This document shows positions 46,159 through 56,443 of a stretch of DNA of 64,000 nt, piece after piece (the stretch's first letter is position 1; every line of letters starts with the position of its first letter). The notes beneath the pieces are model-generated. The model did no database searches, was not told the origin of the DNA, and was given only the letters and a program-made list of their open reading frames with translations. This DNA comes from Acidobacteriota bacterium (GTDB taxonomy: Bacteria; Acidobacteriota; Thermoanaerobaculia; Gp7-AA8): positions 224,001 through 288,000 of the forward strand of contig JAFATB010000019.1 in the NCBI GenBank assembly GCA_019244185.1, written 5' to 3'. The translations under genes were made by a program, and so were the position numbers.

Positions 46159-47655
46159 AAGCTCCACCGGCGCCAGCGCCTCGCGTGCCGGTCCGTTCAA
46201 CACGTCTCCATCCGGCGTGAACCTCGACCCGTGGCACGGGCAGTCCCATGTGCGCTCGGCGACGTTCCACGCGACGTCGCACTTCATGTGCGTGCAGACG
46301 GGTGAGACGGCGTGCAGCGCGCCGCTCGGGTCCCGATACGCGGCGACTTTTTTGCCGTTGACCGAGAGAATTTTTGCCTCGCCGGCGCGGACGTCCGCGG
46401 TTTCTTTTCCTTCCACGTCGTGAGGCGTGAGGCGATCGGCAACGAGCCGCTTCGGGAACTCCATGTTCTCGGTGAGGAACTCGCGCACGGTCATGTGCGC
46501 GTGCACGCGGTTCGGGCGGAAGGTCTCCGCCCACGGGTTCTCGACGTCGGTCAGAAGATCGGTGCAGATCATCGCGCCGAGGGTGCCCATGGTCATGCCC
46601 TGGCCGGAGTAGCCGGTGGCGATGCAGAGATTGCCGGAGCGGCCGATGAGCGCGAGGCCGCCGTGCGGCTCGATGACCTGTCCCGACCAGCGGTAGCGCA
46701 CCGGACGCGCGCCGAACATCTCGCGCGCGTACGCTTCCACCTTCGCGAACGACGCCTCGGTGTCGTCGTTCTCGCCGACGCGGTGATCTTCGCCGCCGAC
46801 GATGAGAAACGTCCCGGAGTCGGTCTCCTGCCAGCGCGTGTAGTGATACGGATCGGCCGTATCCCAGAACAAACCGTCGGGATGCTCGCCGTCGACGGCC
46901 ATCGCGATCGCGTACGTGCGGTACGGCGCGGCTTTCGTCAGCACGACGGTGAAGCCGGAGATGGGGACGTTCGTGGCCATGATCGCGCCGCGGGCGCGGA
47001 CGGTGCCGCCTTCGCTCTCGATGATGCACGGCGTGCCGTCGTGCACGCCCGTCACCTGCGTGCGCTCGTAGATCTTGCCGCCGCGCGCCACGACCTGCGC
47101 CGCGAGACCGGCCAGGTACTCGCGCGGGTGGAACTGCGCCTGATCGCGGAAGACGACCGCGCCGCGCGTAGCGAATGGCAGCGGCACGTTGTCGGTCCAC
47201 TCGACGTCGAGCCCCGCCTCGCGCGCGGCGGCGAGCTCGTTTTTCAGCTCCCCGACGTACTTCCGCCTTTCCGTGTAGAGGTAGCCCGGCACTTTCCGGA
47301 AATGACACTCGATGGAATGGCGGGAGATCAGCTCCTCGATCTGCGCCATCGCCGCGCGGTTCGCATCGGCCACCGCCCGCGCCTCCTCCACGCTGTATTT
47401 GCGACGGAGGAAGTGATAGCGCGCGTCGACGGCGGCGGTGATGTGCGCGGTGGTGTTGCCCGTCTCGCCGCCGCCGATGACTTCCTTCTCCAGCACGGCC
47501 ACGGTCTGGCCGCGCTCGAGGAGCAGCAGCGCCGCGGTGAGGCCGGTGATGCCGGCGCCGATGACGGCCACGTCGACGTCGATTTCTCCGCGCAGAGGAT
47601 CGAAGCGCGGCGCGGCGGCGGTGGCGTCCCAGAGGGAAGTCGAACGTTGATGCAT
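46153..47655 (-). CDS. FAD-dependent oxidoreductase with C-terminal Rieske domain (YhfW-like)
   Basis: GAGITG, GETGNTTAH, CTHMKC and CPCHGSRF. Confidence 0.92.
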   Translation of the reverse strand: MHQRSTSLWDATAAAPRFDPLRGEIDVDVAVIGAGITGLTAALLLLERGQTVAVLEKEVIGGGETGNTTAHITAAVDARYHFLRRKYSVEEARAVADANRAAMAQIEELISRHSIECHFRKVPGYLYTERRKYVGELKNELAAAREAGLDVEWTDNVPLPFATRGAVVFRDQAQFHPREYLAGLAAQVVARGGKIYERTQVTGVHDGTPCIIESEGGTVRARGAIMATNVPISGFTVVLTKAAPYRTYAIAMAVDGEHPDGLFWDTADPYHYTRWQETDSGTFLIVGGEDHRVGENDDTEASFAKVEAYAREMFGARPVRYRWSGQVIEPHGGLALIGRSGNLCIATGYSGQGMTMGTLGAMICTDLLTDVENPWAETFRPNRVHAHMTVREFLTENMEFPKRLVADRLTPHDVEGKETADVRAGEAKILSVNGKKVAAYRDPSGALHAVSPVCTHMKCDVAWNVAERTWDCPCHGSRFTPDGDVLNGPAREALAPVELE

Positions 47656-47824
47656 GCGATGGAATCCTTTCCGCGCGTCGCCGAGCAAGTTCTGTGCGCG
47701 CGCACGTTTTGCGCTAAATGCAAAGCGGGCCCGGCACGCTTCGTGCTCGGCCTTAAAGCCACCTCATGGAGGTGCCGGCAGTACCGAAACGACTGATTCT
47801 GCGAACCCGAAGGAGACACACCAA

Positions 47825-48277
47825 ATGGCAACGAGCAAGCGCGGTTTTGCGTCGATGGACGCGTTGAAGCAGCGCGAGATCGCCAGCAAGGGCGGTCGCG
47901 CCGCACACGCGAAAGGAACGGCCCACGAGTTCACGTCGGACGAGGCACGCGTCGCCGGCCGCAAGGGCGGCGAGGCGGTGAGCCGCGATCGCGCGCACAT
48001 GGCCGCGATCGGACGGGAAGGTGGCCACAGCCGTGGAGCGCGTGCACGCGCCGCCGCGGGCAGCGGCAACGACATCGCCAGCAGCAACGACTCGCAGCCG
48101 TTCGTCCGCCAAGCGAACGAAGAGCGCGGCGGCTTCGAATCCTCGAGCGGCGGCCGCGGCGCGGCGACCGGCGGCGGCTTCGGCTCGAACGAGCGCCCGG
48201 GAACCTCGCGTTCCGAACGCCCCAGCAACGACAACGCGAACGACGGCGGTCCGCTCTCGAATCGCGACCGCATCTGA
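47825..48277 (+). CDS. KGG-repeat general stress protein (YciG-like)
   Basis: RGFASMD...QREIASKGG, AGRKGG and IGREGG; AAGGAG SD. Confidence 0.88.
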   Translation: MATSKRGFASMDALKQREIASKGGRAAHAKGTAHEFTSDEARVAGRKGGEAVSRDRAHMAAIGREGGHSRGARARAAAGSGNDIASSNDSQPFVRQANEERGGFESSSGGRGAATGGGFGSNERPGTSRSERPSNDNANDGGPLSNRDRI

Positions 48278-48321
48278 CGAGTGCTTCCTGAGGGACGGGT
48301 CACGCGACTCGTCCCTCACCC

Positions 48322-51261
48322 TCACCCTTCCATCGCCATCCGCACGACCTGTGCGAAGTGCAGCGTCTCGCGCCCCGTGGCCTGCTCGATCTGCTCGCGG
48401 CAACTGAAGCCGTCCGCGAGGATGAGCGTCTCCGGACCGGCCGCGCGCACGAGCGGCAGGATCACCCGCTCGCCGATCTCCATCGACATCCCGTAGTGCC
48501 GCTCCTCGAATCCGAACGCGCCGGCCATGCCGCAGCAGCCGGAGTCGGGATGCTCGAGATCGAGTTGCATCCGCCGCAGCACCGCCTCCTCGGCATCGAA
48601 GCGCATGACGGCCTTGTGATGACAGTGCGCCTGCACGAGCGCCTTCCGGTGCAGCGCCGGCAACGGAAATGCGTCGCCTTCCGCGGCGATGAACTCACTG
48701 AGCGTCACCACGCTGCGCGAAAGCTGCAACGCCGTTGCATCACGTGGAAAGAGATTCGGCAACTCGTCGCGGAAGACCGACACGCAGCTCGGCTCGAGTC
48801 CGATGATGGTGAGGTTCTCGTCGAGCTCCGGCCGCAGCACCTCCATCGTCGTGCGCAGCACTTTTTTCGCGCGATCGAGGAAGCCCCAGTCGTACAGCGG
48901 CCTCCCGCAGCAGACGCGCCGCCGCGGAATCGTGACGCCGTAGCCGGCCGCTTCGAGCACGTCCGCCGCCGCACACGCGGTGTCGGGGCGGAAGTGGTTG
49001 TTGAACGTGTCCGGCCAGAGCACGACGCGCTTTTTCCCGCGCGACGCGCCGCGCTCGCGGAACTGCGCGCGGAATGATTTCGGCGCGAAGCGCGGCATCT
49101 GCCGGTGCTTCGAGACGCCGCCGATGCGCCGCGCGAACGGCAGCCGCATCATCGCGTTCGCCAGACGTGGCGTTTTCGATGCGAGTCCCGCCCACCAGTA
49201 GATGAGCCCCATCGTGTAGGCGGGCATCGGCCGTCTACGATTTTCATAGTAGTGAGACAGGAACTCGGCCTTGTACGTGGCCATGTCGACCTGCGTCGGG
49301 CAGTCGCCCTTGCAGCCCTTGCACGACAGGCAGAGGTCGAGCGAGTCCTTGACGGCCTGGTTGTCCCACGAGTCGGGCACGGTCTGGCCCGCGAACATCT
49401 CGAAGAGCAGCCGCGCGCGGCCGCGCGTCGAATGCTCCTCCTCGCGCGTGGCCTGATAGCTCGGGCACATCGTGCCGCCGTCGAGACGGCGGCAGCGGCC
49501 GACGCCGACGCAGCGCAGCACGGCGTGGTTCATCCGGCCGTGGTCTTCTTCGAACGCAAAATGCGTCGGCGGCGACCACGGACTCCAGTCGGCGCCGAGG
49601 CGGAGGTTCTCGTCCGGCATGTACGGCGAGACGAGTTTGCCGGGGTTCATCTTGCCGTCGGGATCCCACAGCGCCTTGAACTCGCGGAAGGCCTGCATGA
49701 GCTCCGGACCGAACATCTTCTCCAGCAGTGCCGCGCGCGCCTGGCCGTCGCCGTGCTCACCGGAGAACGATCCGCCGTGCGATGCCACGAGATCCGCCGC
49801 GTCGTCGAGAAACGCGCGGAACTTCGCGATGCCGGGCGCGGACGTGAGATCGAAGTTCGTGCGCGTGTGCACGCAGCCGTCGCCGAAGTGGCCGTAGAAA
49901 TCGCCGCCGTAGCCGTAGCGCTCGAGGAGCGCGCGCAGCTCGCGCAGATAGCGGCCGAGCTTCTCCGGCGCGACCGCGGCGTCTTCCCACCCTTCCCACA
50001 TGAGCGGCTTGCCGGGAACGTGTCCGGTCGCGCCGAGTCCGGATTCGCGCACGGCCCAGACGAAGCGCGCTTCCTTCGAGTTGTTGTCGAAGAGGCGCGT
50101 CCGCGCGGAGTCGAGCGTCGCCGCGAGCCGCCGCGCTTTCTCCTTCGCCTCGCCGATCGCCTCGCCGCCGAATTCGACGAGGAGCCACCCGCCGCCCGGC
50201 GGCAGGAGCGCGATGCCGTGCGGGTTCATGCGCTTGTGCTCCTGGTCGCGCACGAGGAGATCGTCGAAGCCTTCGAGGCCGATCGGGCCGTAGCCGAGAA
50301 CGCGCGGCACGTCGTCGGCGGCCTCGTAGACGCTTGGATATCCAACGATCAGCAAGGCGCGCGCGGGCGGGCTGTAGACGAGCTTCGCCGTCGCCTCGAG
50401 CACGAGCGCGCACGTCGATTCGGAACCGACGAGAGCGCGCGCGACGTGGAAGCCGTTTTCGGGAAGCAGCTCGTCGAGGTTGTAGCCGGAGACGCGGCGC
50501 GGGATTCGCGGGAAACGCTGGCGGATGAGGTCCGCGTAGCGATCGCGAATGCTCGCCAGGCCGGCGTAGATCGCGCCGCGGCGGCCGCCGTCCGCGATGA
50601 TGCGTCGAAGCTCGTCCTCGCTCGTCGCGCCGACGCGCATCCGGGTGCCGTCGTAGGTCAGCACGTCGAGCGCCTCGATGTTGTCGACCGTCTTGCCGGC
50701 CATGATCGAGTGCACGCCGCAGGAGTTGTTGCCGATCATGCCGCCGAGCGTGCATTGCGCGTGCGTCGCGGGATCGGGCGCGAACGTCAGCGTGTGGCGT
50801 TCGGCCGCGGCGCGCAGATCGTCGAGCACGATGCCCGGCTGCACGCGCGCGAAGCGCTGCGCGGGATTCATCTCCACGACCGCGTGCATGTACTTCGACA
50901 TGTCGAGGATCACCGCGATGTTGCAGCACTGGCCGGCGAGGCTCGTCCCCGCGCCGCGGCCGAGGATCGGCGCGCCGTACTTGCGCGCGAGGGAGACGGC
51001 GGTGATGACGTCGTTCGCGTCACGCGGCAGGACCACGCCGATCGGGACCTGGCGGTAGTTCGACGCGTCGGTCGAATAGAGCGCGCGAGAGCCGTCGTCG
51101 AAGCGCACTTCGCCGAGGATCGACGCGCGGAGCTCGGCCGCGAGCGCGGCGGCGTCGATGTCGAGCGACTGCACGCGGTCGCGATGTTCGATGCGTGCGC
51201 GCACGGAGCGTTCCTCGTGCGGGAACGGCACGGGCGCGGGGCGGTGGAACTCGCGGCTCAC
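48322..51261 (-). CDS. FAD-binding/Fe-S oxidoreductase (YdiJ/GlcD-GlcF-like 2-hydroxyacid dehydrogenase)
   Basis: RGAGTSLAGQ, GGMIGNNSCG, SGEHGDG, CVGVGRC, CLSCKGCKGDCP, CCGRP and CCGMAG. Confidence 0.92.
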   Translation of the reverse strand: MSREFHRPAPVPFPHEERSVRARIEHRDRVQSLDIDAAALAAELRASILGEVRFDDGSRALYSTDASNYRQVPIGVVLPRDANDVITAVSLARKYGAPILGRGAGTSLAGQCCNIAVILDMSKYMHAVVEMNPAQRFARVQPGIVLDDLRAAAERHTLTFAPDPATHAQCTLGGMIGNNSCGVHSIMAGKTVDNIEALDVLTYDGTRMRVGATSEDELRRIIADGGRRGAIYAGLASIRDRYADLIRQRFPRIPRRVSGYNLDELLPENGFHVARALVGSESTCALVLEATAKLVYSPPARALLIVGYPSVYEAADDVPRVLGYGPIGLEGFDDLLVRDQEHKRMNPHGIALLPPGGGWLLVEFGGEAIGEAKEKARRLAATLDSARTRLFDNNSKEARFVWAVRESGLGATGHVPGKPLMWEGWEDAAVAPEKLGRYLRELRALLERYGYGGDFYGHFGDGCVHTRTNFDLTSAPGIAKFRAFLDDAADLVASHGGSFSGEHGDGQARAALLEKMFGPELMQAFREFKALWDPDGKMNPGKLVSPYMPDENLRLGADWSPWSPPTHFAFEEDHGRMNHAVLRCVGVGRCRRLDGGTMCPSYQATREEEHSTRGRARLLFEMFAGQTVPDSWDNQAVKDSLDLCLSCKGCKGDCPTQVDMATYKAEFLSHYYENRRRPMPAYTMGLIYWWAGLASKTPRLANAMMRLPFARRIGGVSKHRQMPRFAPKSFRAQFRERGASRGKKRVVLWPDTFNNHFRPDTACAAADVLEAAGYGVTIPRRRVCCGRPLYDWGFLDRAKKVLRTTMEVLRPELDENLTIIGLEPSCVSVFRDELPNLFPRDATALQLSRSVVTLSEFIAAEGDAFPLPALHRKALVQAHCHHKAVMRFDAEEAVLRRMQLDLEHPDSGCCGMAGAFGFEERHYGMSMEIGERVILPLVRAAGPETLILADGFSCREQIEQATGRETLHFAQVVRMAMEG

Positions 51262-51285
51262 GGGGCGAGTGTATCCGCGGGCTGC

Positions 51286-52380
51286 TTACCGGCTGATGAG
51301 TTTCGAGAAGCGGCTGTTCCTCTTGTCCTGATAGAGGAACGCGAGCCGGTCGCGGTCGAACCACTCGAACCAGGTGTCCCAGTCGATGCGCTCGAGCGTG
51401 TCGGTGCCGCTGAAGCCGGGATAGTCGATGCGCAGCACGCCCGGATCGCCTTTGCGGCTGCCGGTGCGTTTGACGTGCGCGGGGAAGCCGCCGCGCGCCT
51501 CGACCCACTGGCGGATCTCGTCGTGGTTGGTGGTGGTAATGGAGGCGGAGGAGGAGCGCTTCGACGTGGACGAGCGTTTCGCGGGGGTTCGTTTCGCGGA
51601 GCTTTGTTTGCTGGATGACGCTCCGCGCTTCGCGGTGCTGCCGCGCTTTGCGCTGCTGCTGGCTTTCGCGCTGCTGCTGCCCTTTGCGGACGAGCCGCGG
51701 CCGGAGCTCGCGCTGCGTTTGGTGCTCGTGCCGCCGCCGCGTTTCGTGGAGGCGCTGCGCTTCGAGGATGTGCTGCTCTTCGACGACGTACTGCGCTTCG
51801 TGCTGCCGCCGCGTTTCGCGCTGGTGCTGCTCGCGCTGCGCGTCGCGGTCGACTTCGACGCGGCCTTCTTCGATCCGCTCTTCTTCGATGCGGATTTTTT
51901 CGACGAACCTGACGACGTGCTCGCGCGCTTCGTGGACGACGACGCCTTCTTCGCGCTCGAGCCCTTCTTCGCGCTCGACTTCGATCCGCTCGACTTCGAT
52001 GCGCTCTTCTTCGCGGAAGACTTCGACGATGACGATGACGACTTCGACGCCGAGCCCCCGCGCTTCGCGGAGCTCGCACGCTTCCGCGACGAAGACGACG
52101 AACCGCCGCGCGCATTGCCGCGCGCGACGAACTTGTTGAAGCGGTTCCCCTTCTCATCGGACAACAGCAGCGCGAGGCGGTCGCGGTCGAACCATTCGAA
52201 GAATTCGTCCCACTCGATCTCCTCGAGCGTGTCTTCGCCGCTGAAGCCGGGGAAGTCGATGCGCAGGATGCCGGGATCCTTGCGCGAGCCGGTGCGCTTC
52301 ACGCGCGCGGGATGTCCGCCGCGCGTCTCGACCCACTGGCGAATCTCATCGTGATCCGTCGTCGCTTGTGCAGTTGCCAT
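51286..52380 (-). CDS. Protein with two homologous globular domains joined by a histone H1-like S/K/A/R-rich linker
   Basis: TTDHDEIRQWVETRGGHPA...LRIDFPG...WFDRDRLA repeated at both ends; central low-complexity basic region. Confidence 0.8.
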   Translation of the reverse strand: MATAQATTDHDEIRQWVETRGGHPARVKRTGSRKDPGILRIDFPGFSGEDTLEEIEWDEFFEWFDRDRLALLLSDEKGNRFNKFVARGNARGGSSSSSRKRASSAKRGGSASKSSSSSSKSSAKKSASKSSGSKSSAKKGSSAKKASSSTKRASTSSGSSKKSASKKSGSKKAASKSTATRSASSTSAKRGGSTKRSTSSKSSTSSKRSASTKRGGGTSTKRSASSGRGSSAKGSSSAKASSSAKRGSTAKRGASSSKQSSAKRTPAKRSSTSKRSSSASITTTNHDEIRQWVEARGGFPAHVKRTGSRKGDPGVLRIDYPGFSGTDTLERIDWDTWFEWFDRDRLAFLYQDKRNSRFSKLISR

Positions 52381-52423
52381 GCTGCCGGACGCGTGCACAA
52401 CGATTGCCAAATAGAATTGCGCC

Positions 52424-53818
52424 ATGCGCAACGGACTTCTCGCGCGCGCCGGCATGCGCATCGCCGACGCGTGCGAACGCTTTTTCCCGGACGCTTTCGT
52501 CTTCGCGCTCGCCGCGATCGTGCTCGTCTTCCTCGGCGGACTGGCGATCGGCGTCCCCGCGCCGAAGCTCGCCTCCGAGTTCGGCGGCGGCTTCTGGTCG
52601 CTCGTGAATTTCACGATGCAGATGGCGCTGGTGATCATCGGCGGCTTCGTCGTCGCGTCGTCGCCGCCGGTCGCGCGACTGACCGCACGCCTCGCCGCGG
52701 TTCCGAAGAGCGGCCGCGGCGCCGTCGCCTTCGTGGCCGCGTTCGCAATGCTGTCGTCGCTGCTGTCGTGGGGACTCTCGCTGATCTTCACGGGCCTGCT
52801 CGTGCGCGAGATCACGCGCCGCTTCGACGCGAGCCATCGCCGCGTCGACTATCGCGCGATCGGCGCCGCCGCGTACCTCGGCCTCGGCAGCGTCTGGGCG
52901 CTCGGCCTCTCGTCGTCCGCCGCGCTGCTGCAGGCGACGAAGTCGTCGATCCCAGCGTCGCTCCTGCCGATCACCGGCGTCATTCCGCTGACGCAGACGA
53001 TCTTCCTCTGGCAGAACGCGGTCACGGCGATCGTGCTGATCAGCGTGTCCGTGATCGTTGCCTACGTCTCCGCGCCGCGCGACGAAGACGCGCGGACCGC
53101 GCAGTCGCTCGGCGTCGTCTTCGAGCCGGTCGCGGACGACGCGCCGGAGCTGCGCACGCCCGGCGATCGCGCGGAGAACAATCCGATCCTCAGCGTCGTC
53201 ATCGCGCTGCTGATGTTCTGGTACCTCGGGCAGCAGTTCGTCGAGAAAGGCGGCCTCGCCGCGCTCGACCTCAACAACTTCAACTTCGCCTTTCTCGCCG
53301 CGGGTCTGCTGCTGCACTGGCGTCCGCGCTCGTTTCTGCGCGCGGTCGCGAAGTCGGTGCCCGCGACCGCGGGCGTGCTCATCCAGTTCCCGTTCTACGG
53401 CGGCATCTTCGGGATGATCTCGAAGACGCCGATCGCGCAGCGGCTCGCGGAGCTGTTCCTGCTCGTCAGCTCGCGCACGACGTTTCCGCTGTTCGTCGCG
53501 CTCTACTCCGCGCTCCTCGGCATGTTCGTGCCGTCCGGCGGCGGCAAGTGGGTGATCGAGGCGCCGTACGTGATGGCCGCGGCGAACGCGTTCCATCTGC
53601 ACCTCGGCTGGACGGTGCAGATCTACAACGCGGCCGAGGCGCTGCCGAATCTCATCAATCCTTTCTGGATGCTGCCGCTGATGGGCATTCTCGGCGTGAA
53701 GGCGCGCGATCTCGCGGGGTACTCGATCCTGCAGCTACTGTTTCACGTCCCGCTCGTATTGCTGTTGTGCTGGCTATTCGCGGAGACGCTGCCGTATCTT
53801 GCTCCAGTTACCCAGTAA
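52424..53818 (+). CDS. atoE: Short-chain fatty acid transporter (AtoE/TIGR00366 family)
   Basis: PDAFVFA, FTMQM, VDYRA, GLSSSA, IQFPFYGGI, FVPSGGG and NLINPFW. Confidence 0.85.
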   Translation: MRNGLLARAGMRIADACERFFPDAFVFALAAIVLVFLGGLAIGVPAPKLASEFGGGFWSLVNFTMQMALVIIGGFVVASSPPVARLTARLAAVPKSGRGAVAFVAAFAMLSSLLSWGLSLIFTGLLVREITRRFDASHRRVDYRAIGAAAYLGLGSVWALGLSSSAALLQATKSSIPASLLPITGVIPLTQTIFLWQNAVTAIVLISVSVIVAYVSAPRDEDARTAQSLGVVFEPVADDAPELRTPGDRAENNPILSVVIALLMFWYLGQQFVEKGGLAALDLNNFNFAFLAAGLLLHWRPRSFLRAVAKSVPATAGVLIQFPFYGGIFGMISKTPIAQRLAELFLLVSSRTTFPLFVALYSALLGMFVPSGGGKWVIEAPYVMAAANAFHLHLGWTVQIYNAAEALPNLINPFWMLPLMGILGVKARDLAGYSILQLLFHVPLVLLLCWLFAETLPYLAPVTQ

Positions 53819-53867
53819 CGCCCGCGAAACCTAACGTTCCCACGAACGTAACCGTACATATAGAGAT

Positions 53868-54716
53868 ATGAAGGGTCTTCTTCTCGCCGTCTCGCTGCTC
53901 GCCGGAGCGATCACCGGCCACAACACGTGGCAGCGCCAGATCATCGGCGCCGAGCAGGATCATTCGCTCGCGCAGGAAGGTAGCGACTGCGAGCACTTCT
54001 ACTCGACGACCTTCACGAGCTTCCCGGTGCAGATCGACGATCAGGAACAGCGCGAGCTCCCGCTGACGAACATCGAGCAACTGCACGTCGTCACCGGGCA
54101 GGAAGGCAGCGTCTCGATCCGCGGCTGGAACAAGCCGTTCGCGCGTCTCATCGTCTGCCGCCACGCCGTCGGCCAGACACGCGAGCAGACGCGGCGCATC
54201 CTCGAGTCGATTACGGTCTCGCACGCGGAAGGGGAGATCGTCGCGCACGGCCCCGACCTCGACGAGACGCAGGCGTGGTGGGCGAATGTGATCCTTTACG
54301 TGCCGCGCAAGACGAACATCGACGTCCACGCGGCGAACGGCGGCGTCGCGATCCGCAACGTCGAAGGACACGTGACCGCGTCGGCGACGCGCGGCGGCAT
54401 CTCGGTCGCGCAGTCGACAGGCCGCTACGACATCACGACGCAGAGCGGCGGCATCACGCTCGACCGCGTCTCAGGACGCGTCAGCGCGGCCTCGCACGAA
54501 GGTCCGATCGCGCTCAAGCTCGCGCCGCCGGACGTGCCCTCGCTCGAGGTGAAAGCCGAGCGCACGGGCGACATCGTCTGCCGGCTCGACGCGTGCGGCA
54601 ATCGCGGCGCGAGCACGTGGACGGCGAACCGCCGGCTGCTGCGCATCGGCGGCGGCGCGCCCGACTACCGGCTCTCCACGACCGGCGCGCGAATCCTCAT
54701 CGATTACCTGCGCTAA
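53868..54716 (+). CDS. Exported DUF4097-like beta-strand repeat protein
   Basis: Signal peptide and NGGVAI/RGGISV/SGGITL/EGPIAL repeats. Confidence 0.75.
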   Translation: MKGLLLAVSLLAGAITGHNTWQRQIIGAEQDHSLAQEGSDCEHFYSTTFTSFPVQIDDQEQRELPLTNIEQLHVVTGQEGSVSIRGWNKPFARLIVCRHAVGQTREQTRRILESITVSHAEGEIVAHGPDLDETQAWWANVILYVPRKTNIDVHAANGGVAIRNVEGHVTASATRGGISVAQSTGRYDITTQSGGITLDRVSGRVSAASHEGPIALKLAPPDVPSLEVKAERTGDIVCRLDACGNRGASTWTANRRLLRIGGGAPDYRLSTTGARILIDYLR

Positions 54717-54807
54717 CTCGTTCCGCGCCAGCTCTTTTCCGGGGCATGGATGCTGCACTTTCGGACGTGCCCGCAGCGAACCCGTGCGGCGCAGAAAGAG
54801 TGACGCA

Positions 54808-55611
54808 ATGGCAGCACTGGCACCGGTCCTCGACGAGAGCACGATCCGTTTCTACCGGCAGGCCTTGTCCATCCTCGAAGAGGCGAACGTTCCCACCCTC
54901 GTCGGCGGTGCGTACGCGTACGCGCGCTACACCGGCATCGAGCGCCACACCAAAGACTTCGACGTGTTCATCCGCCGCGAAGACTTCCAGCGCGCGGCGT
55001 GGGCGTTTCAGAAAGCAGGCTTCAAGGCCGAGCTGACGTTTCCGCACTGGCTCGGCAAGGCGTTCAAGGGCGACGATTTCGTCGATCTGATTTTCAGCGC
55101 CGGCAACGGCGTGGCCGTCGTCGACGACCGCTGGTTCGAGTACGCGGTGCGCGATCAGGTGTTCGGCGTCGCCGTGCAGCTCATCCCCGCCGAAGAGATG
55201 ATCTGGTCGAAAGGGCTGATCATGGAGCGCGAGCGCTTCGATGGCGCCGACGTCGCGCACGTCATCCGCGCGGTCGGCGACAAGCTCGACTGGAAACGCC
55301 TTCTCGAACGCTACGGCAAATACTGGCGCGCGCTGTACGCGCACCTCGTGCTCTTCGGCTTCATCTATCCCTCGGACCGCGACAAGGTGCCGGGCTGGGT
55401 GGTCAACGAGTTGACCAATCGCCTGCGCGAGGAGACCGAGCAGGGAAACGCGAACGAGAAGGTCTGCTACGGCACGATCATCTCGCGGCAGCAGTACCTC
55501 AAAGACATCGGCGAGTGGGGCTACGAAGACGCGCGGCTCCACGAGGCGACGATGAATCAGGAAGAGATCGATCACTGGACCGCGGGCATTTCGGTCGACG
55601 GAGCGAAGTGA
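54808..55611 (+). CDS. Nucleotidyltransferase family protein
   Basis: LVGGAYA...RHTKDFDVF (GG...DxD), VDLIF and EEMIWSK. Confidence 0.85.
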   Translation: MAALAPVLDESTIRFYRQALSILEEANVPTLVGGAYAYARYTGIERHTKDFDVFIRREDFQRAAWAFQKAGFKAELTFPHWLGKAFKGDDFVDLIFSAGNGVAVVDDRWFEYAVRDQVFGVAVQLIPAEEMIWSKGLIMERERFDGADVAHVIRAVGDKLDWKRLLERYGKYWRALYAHLVLFGFIYPSDRDKVPGWVVNELTNRLREETEQGNANEKVCYGTIISRQQYLKDIGEWGYEDARLHEATMNQEEIDHWTAGISVDGAK

Positions 55612-55613
55612 CG

Positions 55614-56399
55614 ATGGCCGGACCGGAAACGCTCCGCATCGCCGCCGTCGCCGACATCCACGTCAAGAAGACCGCGCAGGGCGCGCTGCAGCCGCTCTTC
55701 ACGCAGATCACCGAACAGGCGGACGTTCTGCTGCTCTGCGGCGATCTCACCGACTACGGCGCTGTCGACGAGGCGAAGATCCTCGCGAAGGACATCACCT
55801 CCGCGCTGCGTATCCCCGCCATCGGCGTCCTCGGCAATCACGACTTCGAGTCGGGACACGAGAAGGACGTCGTTGACATACTCACCGACGCGGGCGTGGT
55901 GATGCTCGACGGCGACTCGTACGAATTCCGCGGCGTCGGCTTCGCCGGCGTGAAGGGCTTCGCGGGCGGCTTCGGCCGCCGCGCGCTCGGCGCGTGGGGC
56001 GAGAAGATCATCAAGGACTTCGTGCACGAGACGATCAACGAGGCGCTGAAGCTCGAGGCCGCGCTGGCGCGCCTGCGCACGCCGCAGAAGATCGGCGTGC
56101 TGCATTACTCGCCGATCCAGGCCACGGTCAACGGCGAGCCGCCGGAGATCATCGCCTTCCTCGGCTCGAGCCGGCTCGAAGAGCCGCTCGACCGCTATCG
56201 CGTGAACGCCGTCTTCCACGGCCACGCGCATCGCGGGACGGCCGAGGGGCGCACGAAGGGGAACGCGCCGGTCTACAACGTGGCCATGCCGGTGCTGGCC
56301 ACGACCTATCCCGATCGTCCGCCGTTCCGCGTGGTGGAAGTGCCGGTGGAGACGGCGGTCGAAAGCCCTGTCGCAAGCAACGCCCTCGCCGCGCACTGA
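55614..56399 (+). CDS. Metallophosphoesterase
   Basis: ADIH, CGDLTD, LGNHD, LHYSP and HGHAH. Confidence 0.92.
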   Translation: MAGPETLRIAAVADIHVKKTAQGALQPLFTQITEQADVLLLCGDLTDYGAVDEAKILAKDITSALRIPAIGVLGNHDFESGHEKDVVDILTDAGVVMLDGDSYEFRGVGFAGVKGFAGGFGRRALGAWGEKIIKDFVHETINEALKLEAALARLRTPQKIGVLHYSPIQATVNGEPPEIIAFLGSSRLEEPLDRYRVNAVFHGHAHRGTAEGRTKGNAPVYNVAMPVLATTYPDRPPFRVVEVPVETAVESPVASNALAAH

Positions 56400-56443
56400 T
56401 CGCGCCGCCGCTTCATGCTCTTCTGTGGTATTACGAAGAGCAA

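Noticed and set aside
51530-52110. DNA tandem repeat or mobile repeat
   Set aside because: Explained by the low-complexity S/K/A-rich protein linker; the nucleotide units are not regular.
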